Assembly (NCBI GenBank): GCA_051313645.2
Contig: JBNRSN020000011.1
Span: 166,966,001 to 167,030,000 of the forward strand
Direction of reading: 5' to 3'
Length of the DNA stretch: 64,000 nucleotides
DNA from: Centroscyllium fabricii
Taxonomy: Eukaryota
Position numbers and translations under genes: made by a program. The notes below the pieces were generated by a model. The model was not told the origin of the DNA. It saw only the letters and a list, made by a program, of their open reading frames with translations, and did not search any database. Shown piece after piece: positions 11,866 through 24,100 of the stretch. Position 1 is the first letter of the stretch. Each line of letters opens with the position of its first letter.

Positions 11866-13775
11866 GGGCAGGATTTTCATTGGGCCGTGGCGGCGGGATT
11901 GGAGGCGTGTGGGTGGTTAAAATTGCAAAAACTGGTGGACGGGCACGACCCCGACTCCATCCCACCTCCACGCAATTTTCAAAAATTTGTGTCTAATGGT
12001 CCCGGCTCCGTCCCGCCTCCAACAGGCAGGATAGGCTGTTGAGGCCCTTAACAAGCACTAAATTGCCTCTATAATGCCATTTTGAATGGCCATTGCAATT
12101 TTAACCCTTTTCCCACATGAAACACGCCTGTTCTGAAACACGATGGTGAAACCTGGCGGGAGCACAATTTAATTGCTGACTATCAGCTGCAGGTCAACCA
12201 TTGAAGAGATTTGATCAGCCATCATTTGCAGGTGGCAGGACTTTATCGTCTCAGGTCTGGGGGAACTTTTAGAAGGCATAACCACACCTGTGGAAGTTTG
12301 GAGCCTCACACACATCTCCAGTGTGACCTCCTGGGAAACCCCTCTCGCCACCTTCACTGAGCGCTTCCTCAACTGAGGCATATACCAGAAGCACGGGAAC
12401 CATTTATTTCCTTTCCTCCTGGACATCAGATTCTGACGAAGACCAGCAGAACCAACAACAGCAGCAGCAACAGCAAGAGCGCTAAGCTGCTGCTTCACTT
12501 GAAACTGCACAGGCCAGAAGGGGCCAGCGCAAAATCACATTGCTGCTCGGGATGCAAGGAATGCACTCATCTTGGCCAGATTTGCTTAGCCTAGCCAATC
12601 AAGCACTTTTGCCTCGCAGCTTCTTACCTGAGCATCGACAATGGCCAAGAATCAGCGGATTCCTCACAATTTGACCACCATACTAACAATTGCAAGTAAT
12701 CCGAAGCCCCCAATGTGGAAGTCCCATTCGCGAAATGACACACGCCACAACTACAGCAGTAGCCATCAGATTTTTCAGGTCCATGATTCATATGATGGCT
12801 TTTACACATAAAACATCAATTTTCACCCAAGTGACTACCCTTATGATTATAAGTACGCTTATGATTATAGGTGCACTATCTTTCTCTTACCCGTGCTCCT
12901 ACGTGGTACTTCCCCTGTGGCTTCAGCAGATGCGGAGGCCCCTTGTTCACTTTCTTGCTGCTCCTGTCTCGACACCTTTGGCGGGCATCCTCTGGGGTGG
13001 TGAACCTGTGATGGCTCGTCAACAGTCTGCTGCTCCTGTGGCTGTGCAGGGGTTGAGGCGCCGATCTCAGTTGGGTGTGGACTCTGGTGGGGCTCTGACG
13101 GAGGGATCTGCAGTGGCATGGGAGTGTGAATGCTTGGAGAGGAGCCCCACTTCCTTGATGTCTGCCACCAACTTCCCTCTCAAGGGCCAGGTGCCCCTCA
13201 GTGCTTGCAAGTGGCTTGAGAGCACCTTGCTGCACATCAGGGGGACCATGGGGACCTGTTTCTGCACTGGCAGTCCTACTCAGAGGGACTGCCATGAAGG
13301 TCTGATTTCTCTGTTCAATAGCTGGCCATCGCTCCTCCAGAGATGTCAGTCTATTCTAAACATGTACCATGTTTTCAACACTCTAGCGACTTATCACCTC
13401 CATGGAGGTTGCCATCCTTTCCATGGTAATGTGTTTATGTGCCAATGACTCCACAAAGGCTCTGCTCATGTTTGCTATGGACTCTTCCATTCACTCTACA
13501 CTCGCAGCGACCCTGGAGACAAAACCTGCCAGGGACTCCTGCATCTGTGCATGAAGTTCCATCACCTCTGATCTTGCGGATGAACCCAGAGGCAGAGGGT
13601 CGACATGCAGCTGAGCTGAGCTGGCAGAGTCCTGTGCACTCCAACTAGGACTCTCCACTGCTATCCTTGTCTCCACAATCTGCTGATGCTCACTTGTGAG
13701 CTGTGATACACCAGGTGACAACACTACTCTATGTCCCGAAGGTCCCACCGAGGTGTGAGTGTCTGTGCTGGTGCT

Positions 13776-14040
13776 GGGTGCTCCGGTTTCCTCCCACAGT
13801 CCAAAGACGTGCGGGTTAGGTTGATTGGCCAAGATAAATTGACCCTTAGTGTTAGGGGGATTGAATATGTGGGGTTACGGGGATCGGGTGGGACATGTGT
13901 CGGTGCAGGCTCGATAGGGATATGGGGACAAGGCAGGGACAGGGTACTGGGTTTGGATGATCAGCCATGATCTCATTGAATGGCGGAGCAGGCTCGAAGG
14001 GCCGAATGGCCTACTCCTGCTCCTATCTTCTATGTCTATG
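13776..14040 (+). mobile_element. 5'-truncated HE1-like SINE with CR1-type tail
   Basis: SINE body plus CTCCTGCTCCTATCTTCTATGTCTATG. Confidence 0.85.
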
Positions 14041-14251
14041 TCTTTGGCCTGTGCCTTGACAGCAGGCAGCATGAGGCTTTCATTCGCAGCTCACTTTTCC
14101 TGAAATGAGGGAGACAAGTGGAGTTTGAGTGAGAATGAAGGAGTGAGTGTAGAGAATCCATAGCATGGATGCTTAAAAGAGACAAAGATGGAGTGAGGTG
14201 GCAAAACCAAGGACCCTCCCTGTGTGTTGTCAGTTGTTTTCATAGCATCAC

Positions 14252-14544
14252 TGACGTATCGTCAATAAGGCAAAAGACGAGTAGTGACCTTAACTAAAGG
14301 CTTTTATTAACTTAAAGATGGAGCTAGTCTCCAGTTGAACATCAGGCACAGAATGACTGGGGGCGGGGCAGACCTCACCTATAAGGCTCCCACCTGAGGG
14401 GAGGAGTTAGAGGTGTGTCTGACCTGGCCTTACAACCGTGTTCTACATCCGATACATCCAATGCACCAAGAAACTATATACATGGGTCATGTGGTGCAGT
14501 ACAACTACAATCCAACTATATACAATGGTAATATGATTACCACA
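14252..14544 (-). mobile_element. solo LTR (family A)
   Basis: TGACGTATCG...TTACCACA, TSD ATCAC. Confidence 0.85.
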
Positions 14545-14933
14545 ATCACAATGATAGGGAGTGTGAGAGCTGCATAGTCGAATAGTTATGTGAATGTGAG
14601 CATAGAGAGAGAGGGAATGGGTAAGGGTGCATGGATGTCAGTGTCAAGTGGGATGTGGAGGAAGAGATTGCTGAAGCTGAGTGCTGAGTGCTGGTGAGGA
14701 AAGGCAATGGGGATCAGATTGAGACTGATAGGAAATTCATACTCACTTTTCCAGTGCGCAGTGGGTCATGAAAACTCTTCCTGCACTGTATCCAGGTTCT
14801 GTGGGTAGCCGATTAGGAGTTTGACCACCTCTTCCACTTGCAGCCACGCAGCCTTTGTCTGCTGGGGCGGCTTCTTCCTCCCATGAGCAGCCATTCACCA
14901 TTTCAGAAACCACTAGCACAGCTGACCAATCGG

Positions 14934-15681
14934 CCAAAGATGTGCGGGTTAGGTTGATTGGCCAGGATAAATTGACCCTTAGTGTTAGGGGGATTGAATA
15001 TGTGGGGTTACGGGGATAGGGTGGGATATGTGTCGGTGCAGGCTCGATAGGGATCGAGGGGTATTTTTTTTTTTATTCGTTGATGGGATGTGGGCGTCGC
15101 TAGGCCTGCATTTAGTGCCCATCCCTAATTGCCCTCGAGAAGATGGTGGTGAGCCGCCTTCTTGAACCGCTGCCGTCCATATGGTGTAGGTACACCCACA
15201 ATGTTGCGTAGCGGTTGTTTATAACTGAGTGGCTCGCTAGGCCATTTCAGAGGGCATTAAGAGTCAACCACATTGCTGTGGGTCTGGAGTCACATGTAGG
15301 CCAGACCAGGCAAGGATGGCAGATTTCCTTCCCTAAAGGACATTAGTGAACCAGATGGGTTTTTGCAACAATCGACAATGGTATCATGGTCGCCATTACT
15401 AAGACTAACATTTAATTCCAGAATTAATTTTGAATTGAATTTAAATTCCACCAGCTGCCGTGGTGGGATTTGAACCCATATCCTCAGAGCATTTGACTGA
15501 GCCTCTGGCTTACTAGTCTAGTGACATAACCACAACGCCACCACCTCCCCCAGGTGGTGGCGTAATGGTTATGTCAGGGATAGAGTACTGGGTGTGGATG
15601 ATCAGCCATGATCTCATTGAATGGCGGAGCAGGCTCGAAGGGCCGAATGGCCTACTCCTGCTCCTATCTTCTATGTCTATG
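14934..15681 (+). mobile_element. HE1-like SINE fragment containing a nested minus-strand SINE (15063-15551)
   Basis: SINE body to about 15062, tail resumes at about 15577. Confidence 0.8.
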
Positions 15682-16095
15682 TCTTTGGCCTGTGCCTTGA
15701 CAGCAGGCAGCATGAGGCTTTCATTCGCAGCACCCTGGCCAAACCTTTGAGAGTGCCTATTTCAAACTACATAGGTTCCCTTGGACTTAAGGCACTGGGG
15801 AATTAAGTGTGCTGGAGGCACGCGAAGCGGAAGCAACCCAGCTTCGCCAAATGGAAGAAAAGCGCCGGCAGCAAGAGACTGAGCTCCGGCGGGCAGAGGA
15901 GTCATCAAAGCGGGAGATGGTGAACCTCAGGTCAAAGCTTCAACAGCATGTGCTTCAAATAGAGGAACAAGGAAAAAGAAAAACAGTGCTGAGTTGAAAC
16001 AGCAAATGAATGAGCTGCAAATCCAGCTTAACACTGTCACAGCAGGCCAATGATTTACTGCAGACCAAGGGTACGAACCAACCATGGATGAGAAG

Positions 16096-16372
16096 TGGCG
16101 TATCGTCAATTTACTCAATAAAGTCAAAGACGAGTAGTGACCTTAAACTACAGGCTTTTATTGACTAACTTTGGAGCTATACTCCGAACGAACGAACAGG
16201 AACAGAATGAGTGAGCCCGGTCAGTCCTCACCTATAAAGGGCCTCACCTGGGGGAGGAGTTAGAGGTGTGGCTGACCTGGCTCCACGACAGTGTTGCAAA
16301 CATGGTTACATATACAGGCAATATTGGCAACAATATTGTATTGGTAAACTATGTACAATTACGGTTACCACA
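16096..16372 (-). mobile_element. solo LTR (family A)
   Basis: TGGCGTATCG...TTACCACA, TSD AGAAG. Confidence 0.85.
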
Positions 16373-16392
16373 AGAAGGTGATCCGGTTTGAA

Positions 16393-17961
16393 GCTGGGGT
16401 TTCGCTTGAAAACTGTGTTGAGGTTGGATGAATCGCTAATACTTACAACTTGACAGAAGTTGTAACGGATTGTGGTGGGGCCCAAATGCAGAGACACTGA
16501 AATGTCTTTCTAAAGCAAAACTCCTTTAATATATATAAATAACAAAACCCTCATAAATTGCATTCACACATACACAAATCTATTAAACATCTAAACAAGT
16601 CTTTGCTGAAGACTGGCACAAGCTTCATTACAGTTACAAAATACAAGATAGAAATAGAAATCAAGTTCCATTCGGAACTGGTACAATACTTTCCAAAGTT
16701 GAGTGGAATAGAGTAGAGGAATGCTACGCAGCCAAGCGCATCATTGACCCGAGGAATACATGTCCAAATCCTGAATCCAGGTGGGTGCAAAACTGGATCT
16801 CTTCCGAGTCCGCCCTGCGGTCGAGACTCACTCCAACTGAGTCTTCTGAGGAAGAGAATACCATCCAGAATCCTTGGGACTCCTTGCATACCCTACAGCA
16901 ACGTCCAAACCTGAGTTCGGTTGATAATGACCAAATGTCCAAGGAGTAGATTCTGAACTCTCTTCCGAGTCCGCCCTGCGGTCGAGACTCACTCCCCCGG
17001 AGTCTTCTGAGGAAGAGAATACCTGATCCACTTGCAGGGGGACGCCCTTACACGACAGATGAATGTCCAAGCCTGAACTGCAGAATAGCAGAGTGCAATG
17101 TCAAGGCTGAGTGATATGAGCTCCAAACCCCATTGCCTCTCGAGCAGCTCAGCCTGAGCTGCAGAATAGCAGAGTGCAATGTCAAGGCTGAGTGATATGA
17201 GCTCCAAACCCCATTGCCTCTCGAGCAGCTCAGCCTGAGCTGCAGAATAGCAGAGTGCAATGTCAAGGCTGAGTGATACGAACTCCAAAACCCCATTGCC
17301 TCTCGAGCAGCTCAGCACAGCAACCAACTCTTCCAGTAGTCTGAAGAAAGTCAATCCAATCCAATGAATGTAGCAATTCAATGATCCCGCACCTGCCTCA
17401 TCACTACCTCCAGCTTATGAACCAAACCGGCAAACAGATCATTTGGTGTTAGCCAATAAGCTGAAAGCAATGAGAACAGGGACACACAGGCAAGTGAAAC
17501 AGATAATAGATAAGATTAATAGAATAACAGGGGAACAAGTCCTCAATTCAGCTGTGAGGCCACAACCAAGCTGTCTTTGAAATCTTAAAGGGACAGGCAC
17601 TCTGTGACAGAAGTAGATAAATAGGTAAATAACTTCATTTCTGAAGAATTTCCCGGCACTGCTAAGTACTGGGGAATTTGTGAAACTCCTGTCTGAGAGA
17701 CTTGCCTTTGTGCTTTCAAGCAACAGCCTCAAAAACTGCACTGAACTTGAACTTTTCAAGTCCACCTGTCGTTGGTTGAGATATGCGGGCTCACGGATGG
17801 ATTTTGCCTCAAAGATAATGAAGAATATTAGGTTTCCGCTGATGTCACCACAGGAATTAATTAATCACGTTCAACCGGTGGACTTCATGAGAACGGACAA
17901 TGTTTGCCTTCAATCTGCTACTAGAAGCCAGTAACTATCAGGTGATGCCCTACATGCAACC
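16393..17961 (+). pseudogene. klhl13: kelch-like 13/9 BACK-domain fragment, with stops and frameshifts, split by a solo LTR
   Basis: GVSLENCVEVG*IANTYNLTE|[20 protein letters not shown]...[42 protein letters not shown] closely matches KLHL9/KLHL13 as recalled. Confidence 0.85.
16461..17609 (-). mobile_element. 1149-bp solo LTR or miniature LTR element with internal repeats
   Basis: TGTAAC...GTGACA termini, TSD GAAGT; three 81-bp units at about 17070-17315; block duplicated at about 16798 and 16959. Confidence 0.8.
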
Positions 17962-18299
17962 TGAAATAGACAAAATCAGTGCTGCCCTCCGGAAAGTTCA
18001 AGATGATAAGGGAGCCGCAGACATAGAAAAGCAGAGCAGAGTGCGTGCAGACCAGCGTGGCAATGAATCCCGTCAGGCTGTGGAGCTGGCTGCTCTCTGT
18101 CAAGAGCTTGAAGAAGATCTGGATACAACCCGTAAAGACCTGATTAAGTCTGAGGAAAGAACTTTGGATTTCCAATTGGAGAGGAAGCTCCAGCATGCAG
18201 GAGCTCAACAGTCAGCAGAGCTTCGCAGTGGAGCTGGAGCTGACGGCCATTCTGTTGCCAGGCAGCAGCTTGAAGCTTTCTTTTTGCGAAAAATGCCAG

Positions 18300-18392
18300 A
18301 AGTCAGACAACAAACACCAGGTTATAGTCCAACAGTTTCATTTTAAATCACCAGCTTTCGGAGCATCTGCCCCTTCGTCAAGGTGAAAGAGC
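18300..18392 (-). mobile_element. Penelope-type terminal repeat remnant with degenerate hammerhead motif
   Basis: ACACCAGGTTATAGTCCAA (also at about 46656); minus strand TGACGAAGGGGCAGATGCTCCGAAAGC. Confidence 0.55.
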
Positions 18393-18569
18393 TCTTTTTG
18401 CGAGCCCCCAGCTTCATTGAAACGGGTGCACTACCGCGGGTTTTGACAGAGAGCCAGCGCGCAAATCTTTTGAGAGTTGGAGGGAGCTTTCCAGAACATT
18501 CGGGAAAGCTTCCAACGGTTATATTTGAACGTTTTTTTTGACCGTTTAGTCAGTCTGCTGCTTGAATCT

Positions 18570-20320
18570 TGTAAGGAGCGTGCGCCGTATATTTTATTGT
18601 ACGACTTGGGGTCCGTTACTGCCTTGCGCTAGCAGTCCGCTAGGCCTCGCGCAATAACCTCCTCCCCCGCGAGCGGTTCGAATCGCTCACCCTTTACGGT
18701 TCTAGACGCTGGACTTAGGTGCAGGAAGAGAGAGAGAGACGAGATGGATACCGATTGGACTCAGATTTCAGACTCGAATAAAAGTTTGTAAAGTTGGAAG
18801 GTTTTTATTACACCAAGAGATATATTTACAGCAGTAAGGATAAAGGTTTATTACACTAAGAGATACATTTACAGCAGTTAGGTTGTATTTCATCAGAGTG
18901 ACACAGTATGATACACCAACAATTGTTTCCCAAACAGATATATATATATGTACATACACAGATAACTTATGGGATGGGGAACGCACGGCACAACGTAAAT
19001 CGGGGCAATGACTCTATAAATTCACCCCAAATAAACCACCCTTCCCTCTATTGCCTAGCTATGTCCAGGTGTGTAGGATCGAGGCACATGCTCACCACTC
19101 GGTAATACTCGGGATCTGCTACGAAGTTCCTCGCTTCCTCGGCTGCAGCGTCGGTCGTCACGTGGCTGTGGAAGATTCGGGAGTCCACTTGTTGTCTTCT
19201 CCCTTTGGGCGGCGGTCGCTCCTGCTCGGGCTGGTCCCGGACGGGTTCCTCGAGGCTGCTCTATCTCCTCGCACCAACCGCACCGTCTCCCTGGCTGAAC
19301 CGGACCCTGGGGTATGCCGATCCTGCCCTCTCAAGCCGAACTGTAACGGGCTGCTAGCCTAATTGCTCTCCCACTCTTCGAACGCTAGTTTATTTGCAGT
19401 GTTCACCAAGATGCTTTACCACTGGGCCTCCCAACAACCAACTACCTCACCAGCAATGGTTTTCCAATGCGATACTGCCCTGACCCAACTCTGCTGTCCT
19501 GCCAGAGCCTTCACCCTGCTTGCCCTGCACCCAGAAAGCTGAACTGGAGTCTTCGAGAAAAACAGCCCACCCAAAGTCACTGCTAGACCTCACCGCTTCA
19601 AGAGGTCGCCTCCACGAGTCGAGAGAGAGAGATCCAAGAGCCTTCTCCAAGAGCTCTTTCCTTGCGATTCTACAGAGCTAAGAGAGACCTCACCGCTTCA
19701 AGAGGTCGCCTCCACGAGTCCTAAGTCATAAGAGAGCTGAGAGCTAAGAGAGAGAATTCTAGAAATGTGCTGCCAGTTATACCCCAAATGTTGAATGCCT
19801 AATGTCTTTCCCATTAGGGCCTGTATTGTGTGTAGAAAGCGGTTACTGCACTCCTTTGTCCAGCCAAGCCTGCCGGTAATAGTTTTGATGGTGGCTCTAA
19901 CTTCTCCGGTTAGAGTCCCATTGTTTTCAAGGGTGCTAATCGCTTTATGCTCGAAGGGTATACAATTTCTGTAGCTGGTTAAACGGGCCAGCTGCTTCGT
20001 ATTTGCAGTTGTTTTGGGTGCTTATTTAAACTGGGTGCATTTCTTTGTCGGGCTAATCGGTTTCTAAAGGGCAGGCTATTTATTCACAGGTTTAACAGCG
20101 CCTTTATGTCTGGTTTCTTCGCGGGCTTTTCGAGTTGAGTTTTAGTTTCGGTTTTGCACTGTGCCATGTGGTCCGGCGGCCATCTTGGAGGCCCCTTTTC
20201 TCTGACCAGGCCGCAGCCTGTCTTGTCTGTCATTGTTCAAATAAAAGAAAATATGTATACTCCATCCTTCGTTTCTGGTCTTTGTGAATCCGTTTTGACA
20301 GGGAATATTGCGACCTTACA
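18570..20320 (-). repeat. 3' LTR (1751 bp)
   Basis: direct repeat of 27712-29445; 7-bp terminal inverted repeat; AATAAA on the minus strand at about 18593, 18805 and 18847; TATAAC at 19776-19781. Confidence 0.97.
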
Positions 20321-20330
20321 GTCCCTCCTG
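20321..20330 (-). promoter_or_regulatory. polypurine tract
   Basis: CAGGAGGGAC directly before TGTAAGG of the 3' LTR. Confidence 0.7.
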
Positions 20331-21163
20331 TTGATTAGCATAACCCTGCTTAGCGAATCAATTAAGAAAGGTTGAGCAAGATTCCCGATTCTCCACACCT
20401 CAACTCTCCTGGTTACCTAAATTAACTCTTGCCCCATGACACATGCGGTTCCCATTCCCTTTGATCAACCTCGCATTGCCTTTACCCTGGGCAATCGTAT
20501 ATTTACACCACCATGTCTTACACCTCCTGGTTCCTTCCACGTCTGCCAGGCCGATGCCTTCGTCTCCACCTGTTTATATCATTTATTAACTTAAAAGAGA
20601 CATCACACAACCATCAGGAAAATATAAACACACACATTTCTCCCCTCATGAATCCCCCCATTTGTCCCAAAGTTTGTACAGTGTTCTGGCGGTCTTCTGC
20701 AGCCACCACCATCGGCTCGCTGGGATCTTCATATCCCTCAACGGAAGTAAGTCCTTTTACCGATGATAGCGCCGGTCCTGGGTGCGATGGTCTTGATCCG
20801 GGGCACAGAAAACCAAGTCTCTCCACAAGCAGATTCCGACGTGCTGGGATGCTCCATTGGGTCCGTTCCCAGCCGTCCTTACTCCCCGGTGTGGCCCCGG
20901 CAGGCCAGTCCATCTTTGATGCCCGCACGCGTCATCAGAATCCCCGCCTCTCTGGGTTCTGTAATCAAACAAAGGGGTTGCCGGCCTCCCAAGAGCGCCT
21001 GGCTGTGGTGAGATGTGCACGCCTCCTGGACAGATCCCATATTACCTAAACACTCCCCTTTACCTTTAACAAATATTCAAACTTAATTCGGGCTACTCCC
21101 TTGACACTACTAAACTTATTTTTCATTCATTATATACAGTGCCGCCTCTCCCAGGCGGCCTAC

Positions 21164-24100
21164 CTATCCCCTGTCAGGGTCGTAGTGGGCCGCTCCCCGT
21201 GGCGGTGCCTTGCTGACCCTTCCCTTTGGTTCCCCGCAGCCTGTCGCTGCTTTTAATTCTCCGCAGCCTGGTGCTGCTTGTCGGGGGTGGATAATTATCC
21301 TTTTGCGGGGGCTTTTCCTGTTCCTGAGGGCATATGACGGTTCTGGCCAAGCTTTCCTGGGCGGGGGTACCCTTTCCGATCGACGGAGGGTGCCTTTAGG
21401 TACTGCTCCCTGGGCCGACGAACTGAGGACCGAGCCAGGTTGTGCTGCAGCCTGTGACTCCCTCACAGCTGCCAGCACCAACCCCTCTCCCTCCAGCTTC
21501 GCTTCCCTGGGACCGAGAGCCCCCTGGGTCGATGACCTGAGGACCGGGCCAGGTCGTGCTACAGCCTGTGACCCCGTCACATCTGTCAGCATCGACGCTC
21601 CCTCCTCTCGCCTCGTCGACGAACTGAAGGCCGGGCCGGATCGTGCTGCAGCCTGTGACTCCTTCACAGCTGCCAGCACCGACCCTCCCTCCTTCAGCTT
21701 CGCTTCCCCGGGACTGGGATCTCTTGCGGCTTCTGACCTCACCTCACCTATCTCCTCAGGTGGTGAGTCTCCGCCTGCTATCCCTACCTCGTCGGCATTC
21801 GAGTCGAGAACGGAACCCCCGTCCTCCGACCCCTCCTCCTCCCCTGTGATTGACTCTAGCACTGGGTCGCATAGGTCAATCAGGTCCAACCCTTGGTCGG
21901 GTTGGCCACTCGGATCCAACACTTGGTCGTGTTGGTCCATCGGATCCAACACTTGGTCATGTTGGTCCGGCTCCTCCCCATCCGAATCCCACACAGCACG
22001 AGAGACCCTCCTCTCCTCCATCGGGGCCTCTCCTTTCACGCAGGCTACTTTACCACCTGTACTTGGCTGGGCGTTCCCACTCACAGGGCTTGCCCCTGTG
22101 GTCGACCCCTGCGTGCCCGACTTATACATTTTACATTGGTTTATATGGAACCACTTTGTGCGTCGGGGCACCTTCACCGCATAAACCATGGGGCTTGCCT
22201 TATCTACAATGCTGTAGGGCCCCATGTACAGTGGCTCTAAACTCCCGACCCGGGCATAGTTCCTCACCATGACCAGGTCTCCCACTTCCCATTCTTGCGT
22301 TCTTCGGGGCTCCAGCAACAGCTTGTTCCCCTGATGCTGTCTGCCCATGTTCCCTGCTGCCTGCTCGTGTACTCGCTTTAGGTGCTCGAACAGATTTTGG
22401 GCAAACCTGTCCTTCTTTACCTCCTCTAGCTGTCCTTCCGTGAGCACCGGAGCTAGTACATGAGTGGGGGTACGCATGGCCCTTCCAGTCATTAGCTCGT
22501 GCGGGGAATATCCCGTACTTTTCGACTGGCTGGCCCTGATCCCCATGAGGATTAAAGGCAGGATCTCCGCCCATTTCTGGGGCGAGCCCATCGCCTCTTT
22601 CCTCAACCGTTCCTTAAGGGTACGGTTCATGCGTTCCACAATTCCTGACGACTGGGGGTTGTGCGCTACGTGCCATTTTCCTTCAATGCCTAAGAGCATG
22701 AGGGTGTTCTGCATGACCTGGCCGGTGAAGTGACTCCCCTGGTCGGACTCCACAAAACGGGGAAGTCCCCACCGTGAGAACACCTCCCGGACCAAAATCC
22801 TGGCAGTACCTAAGGCCGTAGCCGTCCTACAGGGGAAAGCTTCTACCCATTTGGAGAACACGTCCACCAGGACGAGACAATATTTATAGCCTCCCTGGGC
22901 GGTGGGTAAGGGCCCTATATAGTCGACTTGGATCGACTGCCACGGTCCCTCCACCCTCCTGACGTGCCCCATCTGCGCTTTCCTTCTTTGGGGGTCTGGG
23001 TTGTTCGCAGCGCACACCAGGCAGCTGGCGCAGAACTCGCGGGCATCTTCCCTGAGTCCCAGCCACCACCCTGCCTGCTCCACCCGTTGCCATGTAACCT
23101 CTGGCCCGGGGTGCCCTGCTCCTGGACCCTCGTGGGCCAATTGGAGAAATTCCCTCCTGTGCTGCTGCGGCACAACCCACTGTTCCTCCCTGAACAACAT
23201 TCCTTCCTTAACGGAGAGGGTCGCCCTATTGTATGGGCCCTCTACCTGCTTGTCCTCACTAATAGCTTTGAGGACAGCTTTTAAAACGGGATCCTGGTTT
23301 TGGACCGTTTTGAGATCCAAAGGCAAGGGAACCCTGGGGCGGTTCCCCTCCATATCCCGGATCGCTGCCACAGGTCCGGACCCGTAGGGGTCCCAGAAAG
23401 TGCCTTCACGAGCACCCTCCTTGGCCAGCGCATCCGCCCGCTGATTGCCTCCCCCACGTGGTTCCGTGGAAGAGTGAGCCTTCACCTTGTGGATGAAGAT
23501 CTCCCCTTCTTCCCCTACTGCTGCTAGGATCTTCTCCAACAAGGGCTTTACCGTTAATGGCCGCCCGTCCGCGGAAGTGTACCCGCGACGTGACCATATG
23601 GCCAGATACTCCGTGCACGAGTTGCACGTAAACATACTATCGGAGCAAATTGTGTACGGGGTTGGGAAGGTCTCGGGGTGGGTTACCACGTACGCCACCG
23701 CCGACAGCTCGGCCTGCTGTGCGCTCATGGTGCGGGGAAGCTTAACCGCCAAGGCAATGTCTGCCGTAGGGTCAAAAATCCCGCAGCCCGTGAGTCGTTC
23801 GCCAGCCACCACCGTGCTGGAACCATCAACATAGATCTCGCGGCCCGTGGGATGTATCCCGGCTCGCAGACCTATGTCCACCTCCCATACCCCCTCCACG
23901 GAACACCGATGGGCCGTTCCGGGGTACATCAAATTTGCTGCGAGCTTAGGCTCGCACAAACCCTCCACTTTTAAATCCATTTGGGACAACAGAAGAGTCC
24001 AGCGCGCAATTCTCGCGCTGCTCACGGTCCCATCCTTTATCCTCCCATCCAGGAGCATCCTGGTGGGCGTGTGGTGGGTGAGGAGAGTAATGGGAGAGGT

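Larger units (their letters stand above)
11866..14930 (-). mobile_element. degenerate PIF/Harbinger DNA transposon with Myb/SANT-like ORF remnants
   Basis: GGGCAGGATTTT terminus like the window's Harbinger MITEs; minus-strand remnant TWIQCRKSFHD at about 14750-14880; right end not found. Confidence 0.55.
15731..18300 (+). pseudogene. chimeric array of coding-sequence fragments from several genes
   Basis: abutting intron-less pieces: coiled-coil (15809-16050), klhl13/9 (16393-17961), coiled-coil plus liprin-alpha LEEDLDTTRKDLIKSEE (17962-18160). Confidence 0.65.

Noticed and set aside
12690-13448. 252-aa plus-strand ORF
   Set aside because: Mostly antisense to decayed Harbinger coding sequence; no motifs.
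17070-17315. Three 81-bp repeats with a 130-aa minus-strand ORF
   Set aside because: Lies within a TSD-bounded LTR; the ORF is a by-product of a repeat length divisible by three.
21210-22184. 324-aa antisense ORF opposite the integrase tail
   Set aside because: GC-rich in-frame repeats explain the lack of stops; non-ATG start and no recognisable domain.
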